A stretch of DNA of 64,000 nucleotides from Tubulanus polymorphus (Eukaryota > Animalia > Nemertea): NCBI RefSeq assembly GCF_964204645.1, contig NC_134028.1, positions 1,240,001 through 1,304,000 on the forward strand, in the 5' to 3' direction. The position numbers and the translations under genes were made by a program. The notes beneath the pieces are model-generated. The model had not been told where the DNA came from and ran no database searches. It saw nothing but the letters and a program-made list of their open reading frames with translations. This document shows positions 24,305 through 38,109 of the stretch, one piece after another. The stretch's first letter is position 1. Each line of letters opens with the position of its first letter.

Positions 24305-27300
24305 TCAGAATGGAGAATTCATTCCTAACTTTGTGCCGAACTGTAATCGAGCTCTTTTCTGGTAACGTTCTGCCAGTCTGAAAACAATAGATAACGATTT
24401 CTAAATCTGGACGCGATTCCATCGTTGAAATCTGACTCATTTAAAATGAACTGATTTTAACTGGATACTGATGACTTATAAATGAAAAGGCAATACAATT
24501 TGAGATTTCTGATAATTGACGGCCGTCTTTTCTCTAAAGACCCAATACTCACTTAATTTCTGTCAGTTTAATGAGTTCACTGATTGGAAGCAAGAAAAAC
24601 GGCCAGATAAAAACCAGACACCAGGAGGCTATGGGGATATCTTTAACCCAGCCAATCATTGAGCTGTTTCTATTGGCTATAGCTACTGAGATACAAGCGT
24701 ATAATAGCTGCAATACCAAACTGAAATATAATCAAATCATCTATTCATCACTAAAACATTACACTATACAGAAAAGTTTTTTAAGTTTCTGGAACATAAC
24801 TTGAAATTCACTTGATTCAAATTTCAAATAATGTAGAAAAGCAGTAATATATACATTCTCAAAGAATTTCTATCAAATGACAATGGATCAATATCAAAGT
24901 ATTTTTTTCAATGCTTAGTCATAAATATGGATAACCAGTGTGTTGGAAATGAGTTGATACCTACATAGATGGTACTGTAATACACCACAGAACGTTACTA
25001 AACGGTGGACGCCTCCACGTCGGGTAATTCACATTTACGAGACTCACTGATATACAAGCTGAAAATCATATACAAAATACATTTCAATCTATTCAGCATG
25101 ATTCATTTTATCACAAGTAGTAGAAATACTTACTGAAACACAGAACGAGCTGCAGAACAGTGAGATTTTGTGCGATCGAATAACTACCCGTATAATCCGT
25201 ACCCCAACCATTCCACGAGGCTGTCGTGCTAGAATTCCTAAAATACGTAACAGGATGATTCGTGAGAAAACACGACCAATGGACTAAACTAAAACTATGA
25301 GTCTTCCCCGTTTAGCAGCGCTAGAGACTTTGAGTCCCGACGATACTTACATGTATGTGAGAAGATTTTCACAATTTCTGTGCGGATTTTTCAGACAGAT
25401 GTAATATAAACTGAGACCGTATGATAATAAACAGATCGCTAGAGATGGTATGAATCTGATCGCCGCGTATAGCAAAAACTCCAAAACCGTCTGTAATAAA
25501 AAGTAAACAAATATGATTTCAACGAAAACAACTACAGTAAGTTGTTCTAGGAACAATTCATTAGTTTAGTGCTGATAGAAACAATTCCTTTGGGTCATAG
25601 CTTTCCAGACTAGACTACCTGATATCTTTAATTGTAGTAATTTTACCAAAATGAATGTTCAAATTGAAATGAACTAGAAATTATTCATGGAAGTAACGTT
25701 AGTTGAGTAGAAAATAGTCTCAAATGGTAGTCATAGTCAGGTCTGGCTGTCCTAGGAATGAAATCAATGAGCCTACAGTATATCTCATACCTTGCGAGAC
25801 AATGGCGACTTATCTTTAGTAGCAGCCTGACTCATAACGACCGGATCGATTTCATTACCCATCAACGACAAGGCTAAAGCGGGTAGAATGAGACAGATTA
25901 ACCACAGTAGGTGGCGCCCGGTGAATATCGGCGGTAACAATAACACAGACGCAGCGAACTGTATCAACGTCAGTGACAGGTAGAAACAGAGTAGAGTTTG
26001 GAATGTGTTACGCATTGATTGAACATGAAACCGCGCCTGAAATACACAAATTACAAACAACATTAGTGGCCAACTACTGATCAACAGTTAGACTGTTCAT
26101 TAAGTACTTCATGTGATTAATTTTCATCGTGTACATAGGCAAAACTAGCATATATCTGACACGCTTCCTCAGCAGATGAGTTTATAAATAAAGATATAAA
26201 CATCAACTGTTAGATTACACGATCATTTATATGGAATCATGGTTAGTTAGTGATTCAGCCACTAGAGGGCCGTATGTGGCCTCTTAACAGCTAAGCAATA
26301 TGCATCAATAAACTTTCAAGTTAGTCTTGTCGTAATCTCACTTATAAACACTTTCTCCACATTTTAAGTAATTTCTTAATGTTTTATCACCTATGTATAA
26401 AGATATGGTAAGAGTAAGATAAATATTTTGTGACTGAATTCTGTATTCTGTACGCAGTATTCTGTTCTCAGTATACTGAATTTTTTACTTTGCTTTATAG
26501 TAAATGTTTAAAATATGGAGTATATATTTCAATTTACCTCAGCAATTAGTTTAATATAACTGATATTAACATCTCTTCTATTAGCGATTGAACACGGTAA
26601 ACTTTGTAAACTGTTCGACATTTCCATCGGTGAAATGTGTTCATCTTCCCAGACATCGACTACCGGTGACTGTTTAACACAGATACGAGGATACAACGGT
26701 TCAACTCCGATACTGTAAATACAACGGATAACGGTTAGCGTTTGAACATTCCGTCTGAATTCAGTTTGTCAGTTTAGGAGTTATATTCACCTTAGATCAG
26801 CCTGTAAGAATATAGCCGTGTTGAAGATATTCGCTGAACTGCCGAAAACAAGAACAACTTCACCATGTTCCTGCATTATCTTTATCATTTCAGTAGTAGC
26901 TACAAATAATCAAACACTTTTAATACATACTAATCTTAGTGGAAAACAAGTCTTAGTGGCAAACATCTTAGTGGCACACTAGTCTTAGTGGCAAACATCT
27001 TAGTGGCACACTAGTCTTAGCGGCACATAAACACAAGTCTCAGAGGCACACAACTCATAGTGGCACACAAGTTGACCAAAATGATTGATCAAAGCAACCC
27101 CAAGTCAAAAACTGAGTACAGTATTTCAGACTCCTCAGTTTTGAATCAAAGTGATAAAATATCAAAACTTGAATCTCAGCTTACTGAAGAGAGAAACCTT
27201 CTCTAAAATAAGGAACACAAACTAGGTAGGTGGCGACACTAATCTGAGCGGTAAGTGGTTAGTTATATACGTACTGTTATGTGTACAGTCAGTGAACAAT

Positions 27301-30300
27301 GAAACCAATAACGGAACGTTGTCAACACTCTGAAGATGTGGACGGATATTTTCGATGCCTTTCGGAAGTTTTGCCTTTGAAAAAGAAATAAAGAACCCAT
27401 TGAAACAACAGTGAAATATTGAAGTCACTGAGGAGGTAACTGGATTTTTTCTTACCCGATTAAGCATGTCATAAGCCATGCTATCATCAGTATTATCGGT
27501 ATAATTAGAAGTAGCCTGACTGCGTGCTTCATCTTCAGCCGCTGCTTGTAACAGTAATAAATCAGTTTCATGCGTCGCGTTGACGACACGATTCTCGCCG
27601 TTTCCGTTTGTTACGATCACGTCCGGATTGACGTCTGCCCTTGAAGGTCGTCTCGATGATTCGTCGATCGGATCTTCCTTAATTTTGATTTGAATTGAAG
27701 ATTCGTCGTCGGCTCCTCTGACATCTGCTCCCTTCTCTCCGTCATCCTCCGAGTTGAAACCGGGTGAGTTTTCGCTCGCCGTCGAATGTTTCGGACTTTG
27801 CGATGAATTCGACGATTCACTCGTTTTCTCACTGAGTAACGATATGTGACAATTCCAACCAGATTCGAGACCCATTTTCTCGGAGAACACCTGAAAATAC
27901 AAACATAATCAGAAACAGTGAATCGCTGTGAATTGAGTCAAGAAACATCTATTGTCAGCAACAAGGCCGCCACTTTACCCCCTTATACAAATTGCTAGAG
28001 TTATCCATGTCATAACACAAAATTCCTCAAGTGAATCTACAGCAGGTGAATGGTAATAATTCTAGGTTTGAACTGTTAGTATTTATTCATTCTTCATGAA
28101 ACACGTATCCGAAAAAGAATCACTTGGTCAATAGCACATCCAAATTCCTTTGTCAAATTTGTTTTGTCAAATTCCCTGTTTTTTCCTTTATATTTCTGAT
28201 TGCCAGAGATTTCCAGGTTTTCCACATCACCCTGTCAATAGTTTACAGGAATTCTTACCCTGCTGCGAAGTTCATTTTCCTTTGAGAAATGTACAAATCG
28301 AATGCAAGCATTATCCAGATTCTCAATTAGTTGAACGATATCCTACAAAACAAAACATAATAGAATATTGAGCCGGGAACGGGAGGGTTACAGAGGGTTC
28401 TCCTGATGATTTATACCGTACCCCTTTAGCGTGATATTGCATGGTGATCATTCCGATGAATATCTGATTGCATTGAGCTCTAAAACAGCTATCGACGTCG
28501 CACAATGAAAGCTGACTGGATTGACTGAGTAATGAATCCATACTGTGAACGCGTGGTACGTTTGATAATGAATCTTTCTTCACTCGACAGTCTAATGATT
28601 CTACGTCCCACGAACTGAAAAACACAACAATCTTCAGTTAACTTAAATTGAGATGAACTTCCAGTAATTTTGAGTGAAATAATGGTGAGACTGATAAACC
28701 AGCACGCAGCAGTAGGCGATTACTTACTGAGTAGGAGTTGGACTTCGATAAACTGAGTTGATTTCAAATCCTTCCTCCGGTAATTCGATGTAGATATCTT
28801 TGAATTTGGTACTGATTTTCTCGGTGAGGGGACAGTAAGAGAACGCTGAACAGTAAGCTGACATACTCTGACGATGATAGAAATCGAGCACTCGACGACT
28901 GCAAAATAGATAACCTTCTATACAGAAGCAATCATAAACTCTACAATAGATCATAGACTATATTAGACCCTTGACAATTCAAGAGGAAGAACACAAACGA
29001 AGAGGACTTCATTCTCTATAGTTAGCCTTACCGGTCTGAATCAGTGAGTGAACATAGATCCCGACCATTCCAGTAATCAGAACACAAATCGAGTAAGATA
29101 TCAGCAGTGCCTTGTGTCATCAACTGAGCCATTCCTACATAAAACCACAAAATTATTAATCACTATCAGAACCTGACATCAGATCAGTTTTTTCCAAGAA
29201 TTGTGGATAGAACTTCTACTTCTACTTAACAGGGTTCCCACAGATGAGGGAAATAAGGAATTCTAGATTCATAAGGATAATCAGGGGATTTGAATGGCAC
29301 AAGGAACAGCCCCCACTAGAGGATAAGTTATGACTTTTCGTTCAAGGGTTACAGGGTAATCAGGAGATTATGGATTCTCTGATTCTACTTACCAGAATTA
29401 GTCTCTTTAACGGCGACTGAGATCATGTTAGGCATCGGTGTTTTATGTCTGATGAACGATCGGGTTCTGTATAGACGATCATGAGTTCCCGCGTCAGACG
29501 ACTGAAATTAACCAATCATAAACCATCATTACTGAGATAAGTTTTTCTTGAAAATAATCAAATTTACAATAATATTCGTAAGCACCCTAAATCTTACTCA
29601 TCTTGTCATAAATCAATAATCTAGGGATTAGTTTCTTTTAAAAACGAATCTGACCTTCAAACTATTTATATGTATAAAGCACGTAGACTTTTCTCTTGAT
29701 ATTTCAACCACCTCAATTATCATTCTAACTACAGGTAAAGTAAATACTGTATTTTCACGATCTAACGCTCACTACTGGTTATCTTACAAAATAACTGCAA
29801 ACCATGTACGTTTAATATATCAGTTGCGTCTAAAGTTAAACTGTTTCATGTAGCGTCACACTATTAGGTGGTTTGTGATGGATGTTTTCTACTGATGTTG
29901 CATTTTGAGTGTGAAATATACCAACGTAAATTATCCGGTTGTTAGGGGAAGATGAACCCATACAAAAATAGATTTTCTTTTTAATGAGAAAATCGAAGAT
30001 CGAAGGAAATAATAATAAGAAAAAGCGAAGAAATTTGGAGGCGCATGAAGCAAAAATGAAAACTAAATCCCGTTTATATGGCAAGAAGAAAAAGGCGATC
30101 ATTTCATCAGGAATGACAAAACCTTAAAGAACTTTGTAGGATCAGGGTCTGCGCTTCGCTGTACCTTACATACTATGAAATGATGAGTTATTTTTGTTTC
30201 TACTAGAATGCTCTCGGTGTGCCATCGGAAAAATAAGCTAGCAGCAAAACCCTTGTATGAAATAACAGCGTGCAGGGATGAACAAAATGAACATCGAAAT

Positions 30301-33300
30301 AATATGATATAATATATCGTATATGAGTAGAAATATCTATTGTACGAAAATACGGCGTAAAAAACAACGCAATAATGAATGAATTCGCTATATGACTGAT
30401 AGTTAGCGGATTAAAAAAATTGTTGTGTGGATAAGAAAAATTTTGAATAAAAATCATCTCAAAATATCAAATTTTTTAAAATTTTACCCAGTAAATTCAC
30501 TGAGAGTCTGGCGTTTACACTGGTATTCTCGATGTACTCAAAAATACTAGCGTATCTTATTAATTTGCGATGATAATGAGATGATTTTTTATAAAATGGA
30601 TTATTTGGTATCAAACCTTTCTCCTAAAATAGCGCATATATTCGAACCACCACTGTAAGGGAGAAATAGCTGACAAATATGAAATACACTGTCTCTTTTC
30701 TTTTTATATTCCGATGACTTCACTAGGGAGATTGTGTTCCACGTGAAAATCAGTTTACTCAGCATGAGTACTGCACTTTTACTGCACAACTGTTCTAAGC
30801 CATACATTCAAAGTATGAGCTTTCAGTCAACCGTCACTTGTAGTGAAAATGCAGTGATAGCGATATCGAAAACTGAGACCCTGAGGTCCTGTGTCGCTAG
30901 GCTCCGTATTCAACTTTCCAATCATGCATTCTATTATGATTTAAACTTTTAATCAAGCTGATAAATCTTTAGGGCGTATTCAACTGCTCGGTAAAATTCA
31001 TATAAAGCTTTGGGTTCATAATACGCTCGTAAATTGTGGTAGAAGCAACGGACTTGAATGAAGAGTTGATCGCAACCTACCACATGTGAACAAACCAAAT
31101 TCAAAGACTACAAAAATCACAGATCGATTAGAAACAAAACTACACATTATCAGTAAATGCACAATTAAATTCATTAAAAACAGATAAAACCAAAACATGA
31201 AATTCCTCCACGGAATTTTGAAATACACACCAGATAAATTGTCATCAACAGTCTCAGGTAAATGATTTGTAAATGAACTGTTACTTACAGCATATTTATA
31301 CATTCCAAGATGCGTCTGAAGATCGAATATATTCATCGCTTCATCGGCGAAACCGATCTGTTTCGCTAATTCGCATAAACATCTAAAAATACACGGAAAA
31401 ATCCGGTTAATGTTTTACAAAAAAGACGCAGATTTTTACACAGAGTACGATGCTCATTTCCCCGGGGAAAAATACAGCGTATTACTAACAAGATAAGAGA
31501 GGGAGATAGAGATGACGAATAGCTAAATACCATTCACTGAAACAATCTATCAATCGCATATAACAAAATGCACTTCATAAAATCATTAGATAAATCAGAG
31601 AGCAACATTTTACGAACAACTAACAAGAGATTGAAACCGATGCTTAAAAATTAGACCGATATCTAGCCATTGTTTCCCAGGGCCTGTATTCAGACTATTT
31701 GAAAATATATTCCCTATTAACAATCATTCAATGTAGGATCATCATTTAAAACTTGAACAGCACTTATTTCAAAATCAACATGAATTAATATACCGGTTAA
31801 TTTGAGTAGTAAAATTGAGTTGTGCAACTATCTCAGTTATATATTAAACTTCAATGAAATAATAATTCTCTACAAAGCCAAAAAATGTCCAGTATGATTC
31901 GGCGCGATATTTAAAAAGCTTTTAAGCAAGAAACAATTCAATTTAGTATAAAACGAGAACGATTCTGATTAATCTGTGACTGGAACCCATTCGTAACGGA
32001 CTAGGTTAGAATTAAACCGTTGAAGATACCGTCAAAATGAGAGAATATGAGACACGAAAGGCTATAGTAGTCAGAGTGATTCAGTAGTAGAGATATTCCC
32101 AGAAGAAAGTGACCGCTACAAGTGAGAAATTCTTTACGATGAAATTACGTAGTGTCACATATTTGTTTTTCATGAAAAGTAAACCTGTCCCCGGCGTCTC
32201 TTATTTACCTGAGTTTAGACTCCGTTTCCCTACAATACATAAACAAGAACATAACATAAAAACCAACTGATGATAAAACCGTAAAACCCTGAGCAGTATC
32301 GGATATTCAGTACCACAGAGACAGAGAGAGTTAGAATGAGAATTTCAAAGCGGTAATAAAGTTATAACGGATAAAATAAGCTAAAGATCCTACTGATTCA
32401 TGTAAGAAACAAGTCCACTATTGGCTGAGGTTATAAAAGGGGATGAATATAGGGAACTTCCAGATGTAGACAAATGTTTATACGATCAGTGCTTTGAAAA
32501 CCGTTATTGAAAGGCTAAGCTAAAATAAGAAATACACGTCTTCGCATTACCTTCGATTAACTACGGCTATTGTATCTTCTTTCTTATACGACGCGCACGT
32601 GATATGATCAGAGAATTTCGTGTATTCATCAGCGAGTTCAGTGTTACATGTATTCAATAATATATTCAAACCCTACACAAACAACAAAACTACAGTCAAT
32701 AAACTGTTATGTATGAAACTGGTGTGTTTTAGATATAAGGAGCACGTACCAATGGTTTCAATGAATCGATGTGATTTTTCCAGTTCGGATCATCGAACAA
32801 CAAACCGTACGGATGCTGAAAACATTCATTCGAAATACATTCAACGTCAACAAGACACGGATACAAATAAATATGAATTCTAAATAGTCGTAATTACCTT
32901 TAGATCATGAGTCACGTCTAAAACTTCGACTTTACTTTCTTGGTAAAAACCTATAAATGTTTAAAACAGTAAAATGTTTGTGCATAGATGTCGACCCGTA
33001 GAAGATAAATTGTCCTGACCGAGTGGAGTACAAATCCTGGTTCAACATTTCCAGTTAAGAATTTTTGACTCTACGGTTAAAACATTCAAAATGAACTAAT
33101 GTTAAAACAATCAAACAGAAGCGTGTGTTATAACGAACCTTGATCCATAACGCTATCAACACGTTTGATGTCGACGTGTTTTCCATCGCGTTTAGTAATA
33201 TTGTTTGTTTCCACGTGTAACTCATCGTCAGACGTCTCTTCCTCCGTGAGTCCCGTGTCTTTTGGAGTCAAGAAGAAAACCTTTTCAGCGACGGGAATCG

Positions 33301-36300
33301 GCCATGAGAGGATACCCTTCTTATCGACGCAACAGAAAGCCTAATAACGAAAAAGACAAGATACCTCCTCAGATATTGTAATTTTGCTAGCACAATTTGC
33401 AAAGATTTTAGTAGTCCGGGTTCAGGGTCATGCCCATGAATCAGTATAACTCACTGTAGCAGTTCCGAGTGCGTGCACCATCGACACCGTTCTGGGAAGA
33501 ACTTCACTTTTACCGAGCAAAATTTCTTTGAAGTTAATCGCGAGTTCGCGCCAAGTGAATTCCTCAGTAGCTTCATCCATTGAGATACTGCTATCATCGG
33601 AACACAGGTCATCCGTACTTTCCTATAAATTCATTTCAATACAATTTGAATTACAGTTAACCCTTGATTATCCGGCACTGTTTGGTTGCTATGTTTAGTT
33701 GGTTAATAACTGAGGATGGAGGAGGATCACTGAAGATAAATTCAATTGAGACAATCAACTGAATTTTGTAATCACGATTCAAAATTTGGGCAGAAATGAA
33801 ATGTTCGATATTTATGAAAACGAAAAGATATGAAAGTTACCGGTTGTTTCGAGGTTTCTAATGATTTCTGATAAACAGTAAGTATTCTCGCGAGGCCGTA
33901 ATAATTCAATAAATTCCATAAAACCGGAAAAACTAACGGCACAAGAGGTAATACGGCATAAACCTAAAAATAGACAAAATTAACATAGAACAATGTTCCC
34001 AGTTTTATCTGGCAGTCCAACTCATTTTAGGAACTCATTTGAGCAATAAATAGATAAAACCGTAATGATAATATTTTGATTTTGAATTGACGTTTTATTT
34101 CAAACCTGAAGAACGAAAGCCATTTCAGCCCAATGTCCGACGTTATCCTTGAGGAAAAAATATCTCATCATATTCACGAAAAACATCAACATCTGAAAAT
34201 AAAAACAATCATCAATTTATTCATCAAACAATGATTTCATCAAAAATGGGATTATTGTGTTTTTACTTACGAAAACAACCGGAACGATTATTCTCTGAAT
34301 AATGACTGAACCTATTTGAAACTGTTGATGATGCAGGATACTCTCGGGTTTCTTATCTCCGTCTTCTAGAGTCAGTCTAACGTATTCAAACGAATCAATC
34401 AGTTCCAGAACATTCACTTTCTCACATTAGTGGTGGTCTTTGTATTTTTGTATATATTTATTCTTGTTTGAATTTTGCATGATTTTTCTATCATGTATTG
34501 ATTGAAATATCTATAAAATATCCTATAAAATGCCTCTATGGTTCACCGGTCCCAGGTAGAATTCCAGTTCCATTTGTGAGCGGTGAATCATGAATGACCG
34601 GTTTCCTATAAATTGTCAGATTTTCTGTGTACTGATGCATTTAACAGCAGTACAGGATAGCAAGTACTAAACAGTACAGGATACACAAAGCTGTAAGTTG
34701 AACTATCATATACATTTCATTTCTGAAATATTAGAAATTGTTGATATCCCCTTTTTCATGCGCCATGCGTTTTTTCCAGTTAATGAGAAGAATAAGAGAA
34801 AAGAAAAATTGAATAAATGAAGAAATAAAAGGTCGGATCAGGGCATACAACCTTACTCAGCCGCAATTCAAAAGCTAGGTGAGATTTTTTTCCGGGGACA
34901 TTGAAATTCCTTCCTAAAGAATATATGATATTTGCCAAAAAGGGGACGGGGTCTACAGCTACAGTATACAGTTCCAACTCAATGAAAGTACTCTATCTAT
35001 GTCGTAAAAATAAAATCCCCCACACCAAGAATAAAAGCGTAAATTATTCGACATTTCGACTATATGCTAATAGTCATCTTTTAGACAATTTTCCTGAATA
35101 TGACTATTACAATATAGTCGAAATATCCAATAAATAGAAGCTCAAGGAAACATAAGTTAAAGATACCTGAGATTTTTCACATAAGGAGTCTCTAGTGTGA
35201 TATGAGGAATTGGCTCGAGTGGTTTACGACCTTTAGGAGCCGTAGTCGGTGCTTCGCCTTCGATTGTTGGCATGAATATATCACCGGGTACGTACACCTT
35301 CGCTTCATCGCTAGTAGAACCCTAAAACAACAACAAAATCGTACGGTGTATTCACTAGAAAACAGGACAATATCGTGAACTATCAATCCATCAGACGCGT
35401 ACCTCAACTTCTTTACAATGCACCTGAATCTCTTGACCTGGCCGCAGTAAAATGAGATCACCTTTGACTAGAAAGTTTGTCGGTAAATTGACTAGTTCGT
35501 TATCACGAAACGTCCATTGAACGGAGACGCACGGAGAAAGTGGACTGTTCAGATTTAAATAGTTACACGGATACCACGCGTTCAATTTGATACATTCTGA
35601 AATTAAGTCGATTGAAGATCAGTAGATAGTAACCAATTCATCACAAAACTCCATTCATTAAATTTTCACTGAAAATCGATAGCAGAGTTCGAAGGTATGA
35701 TACACGAAGGTATGATACATGAAGGTATGATACACGAAGGTATGATACACGAAGGTATGATACATGAAGGTATGATACACGAAGGTATGATACACGAAGG
35801 TATGATACACGAAGGTATGATACATGAAGGTATGATACACGAAGGTATGATACATGAAGGTATGATACACGAAGGTATGATACATGAAGGTATGATACAC
35901 GAAGGTATGATACACGAAGGTATGATACACGAAGGTATGATACAGGAAGGTATGATACACGAAGGTATGATACACGAAGGTATGATACACGAAGGTATGA
36001 TACACGAAGGTATGATACACGAAGGTATGATACACGAAGGTATGATACACGAAGGTATGATACACGAAGGTATGATACACGAAGGTATGATACACAAACT
36101 TGCACACAATAATGACTAATGCCTATTTGAACTTTGCTTCAGCGGATGTCTGGTGACAATTCTTTAATACTAAATTGTGAAATGGATTAAAAATTGATTT
36201 TCTAGTTCAGCTACCCATCTGTGCCGGCCCTTTAAACACCTATAAAAACTGACTGAGCCAGGCCACCCGATATCCTCTCAAGCAAAACTGAAATAGACAT

Positions 36301-36825
36301 CTATACTAGTGAGTTAATCAAGATCATGATTCAGTTTACCTTCTAAGTTGCGCAAGACATCTTTGGTTTTGTTTACTAATTCAGTTTGTTTGCACTGGTC
36401 GTCCCAGCCGGTCATATAGACATTGGCCACACCCAAAATCAATAGAATCAACGCTTCCAACACGTACCACACATATCTGTTCGATGAATAAAATAAGGTA
36501 AGAAGTAAAAAGGACAGGGATGCTGGGTGGGGGTTGTTGTGTCTGTGTAGTGTGTGGGGTCCATGGAATAAACTTACCTCGAGTGATCATCAGTAAAGTA
36601 GAAACTAATGAGTAAAAATACGACCATGAGAATGATAATCACGCAGTCAGGCCAGTGAAATACTGACTTTTTATTGTGATGATAGAAAGCTGAATTAGTG
36701 AATTTTTTCGTCCATGATTTTTGGGATTGTTGAAGTTCGTAATTGTTTAATTCCTGTAGCAATTCCTGGTATAATCGCTGTAAACCTTCCCGGCTGCTGA
36801 AACCATTCGTCGTACCCTCTCCCAT
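24305..36825 (-). CDS. TMEM94: Transmembrane protein 94 (ERMA, P-type ATPase-like), about 1352 aa
   Basis: 28 phase-consistent exons (4059 nt): 36578-36825, 36340-36476, 35403-35596, 35167-35321, 34271-34376, 34106-34192, 33841-33963, 33455-33622, 33139-33340, 32898-32950, 32750-32815, 32551-32672, 31289-31382, 29393-29501, 29032-29134, 28728-28898, 28422-28614, 28259-28342, 27456-27890, 27275-27374, 26791-26899, 26538-26712, 25791-26036, 25351-25490, 25134-25237, 24965-25058, 24553-24720, 24305-24377. Diagnostic blocks LVNLPTNFLVKGD, CCVDKKGILSWP, VFSEKMGLESGWNCHISL, AKLPKGIENIRPHLQSVDNVPLLV and C-terminal LQFGTKLGMNSPF*. Confidence 0.95.
26933..27070. repeat. Degenerate about 16-18 bp tandem repeat (TCTTAGTGGCA core) in TMEM94 intron
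   Basis: About 8 copies of TCTTAGTGGC(A/C) with variable tails. Confidence 0.8.
32209..32229 (-). other. Candidate 21-nt in-frame cassette microexon of TMEM94
   Basis: ttcttgtttatgtattgtag|GGAAACGGAGTCTAAACTCAG|gtaaat; phase 2-2, matching the flanking exons; adds ETESKLR. Confidence 0.6.
35691..36095. repeat. 15-bp minisatellite GAAGGTATGATACAY, 27 copies, in TMEM94 intron
   Basis: 405 bp near-perfect array; variation only at one position per unit (C/T, once G). Confidence 0.97.
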
Positions 36826-37557
36826 CGTTCAGTTCCTTTATTGCATTCTCTTTCTATCCGTTTTACAGATTTATTCTTCAAAAAATTAAAAAATACAACC
36901 AAAAATTTATTCTCTGGCGCTCAACGACCTTGACGCGATTAACATGGGATGGTACTAAATACTGACAAAATTCGTCCAAACCAATAAACTCGCGCCGGGC
37001 TGCTGGCGCAAAAAATCACCCCATCCTAGGTACCGTACAACCCTACCGGTACTAGGCCTACCTATAATCAAAGATATATCATACTAAATGACATTTCATA
37101 TCATTCAATTATATGACAAATTTGCCTCGTATTTATTCGACCATCATTTCCCAGACACAGACTGGTATTTTGCCCGCGCCTCCACTCTCGGTCGCTTCAT
37201 TCAAGTTGATGTGCCGGGCTTTTTACCCACTTTTGTGGGCTTTTATGTTTAGATGTGAAACCCGATCAAAATGTTATACAGCGGGTTTCCTTATTAAAAT
37301 AAATGCAATAGAATTTGCCCCTTTCGCCGACCATCAACACATCTTAAACGACTCCGACTCAGATTGTCTCTCGAGGCGCCGGGTTTCGGGGGGGGGGGGG
37401 GGTAAATATATATTTTTAATGAGTCTGTTTGTCGGAAAGTTTGATCCGGGCATAAATTACGTACATTGCATTCCCGAGAAATGATTCAATTTTGTAATAT
37501 TATAACGTAATCGCGTGCACGGAGATATACGTGGGGACTGTGTGGTCTGGACCACCT

Positions 37558-38109
37558 GGACCACTCTGAATCAGCATCAGTAATTACTGGGTTTGAACCC
37601 AGGACAACCCTGTACATCCTCTATTCAGCATCAGGACCACTCTGAATCAGCATCAGTAATTACTGGGTTCGAACCCGGGACACCCCTGTACATCCTCTAT
37701 TCAGCATCAGGCCACTCTGAATCAGTATCAGTAATTACTGGGTTCGAACCCGGGACACCCCTGTACATCCTCTATTCAGCATCAGGACCACTCTGAATCA
37801 GCATCAGTAATTACTGGGTTCGAACCCGGGACACCCCTGTACATCCTCTATTCAGCATCAGGACCACTCTGAATCAGTATCAGTAATTACTGGGTTCGAA
37901 CCCGGGACACCCCTGTACATCCTCGATTCAGCATCAGAACCACTCTGAATCAGTATCAGTAATTACTGGGTTCGAACCCGCGACATCCCTGTACATCCTT
38001 TATTCAGCATCAGGACCACTCTGAATCATTATCAGTAATTACTAGGTTCGAACCCGGGAAAACCCTCTACATCCTCTATTCAGCATCAGGACCGCTCTGA
38101 ATCAGTATT
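37558..38109. repeat. 76-bp tandem repeat (7 copies plus a partial) with Pol III box B and palindromes
   Basis: Units start at 37558, 37634, 37710, 37785, 37861, 37937, 38013 and 38089; consensus GGACCACTCTGAATCAGCATCAGTAATTACTGGGTTCGAACCCGGGACACCCCTGTACATCCTCTATTCAGCATCA. Confidence 0.95.

Noticed and set aside
29744-30356. pogo/Tc1-like element with CYGTATTTTC ends in TMEM94 intron
   Set aside because: Only about 10 bp of end similarity, no TSD and no transposase remnant recognised.
35641-36119. Four 140-154 aa repetitive ORFs (VSYLR, FVYHT, CIIPS, MIHEG repeats)
   Set aside because: Artefacts of a 15-bp minisatellite inside a TMEM94 intron; multiple frames are open on both strands.
37558-38109. 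CRISPR array or tandem tRNA genes
   Set aside because: No unique spacers, eukaryotic context and no cas genes; units have box B but no acceptor, D or anticodon stems.
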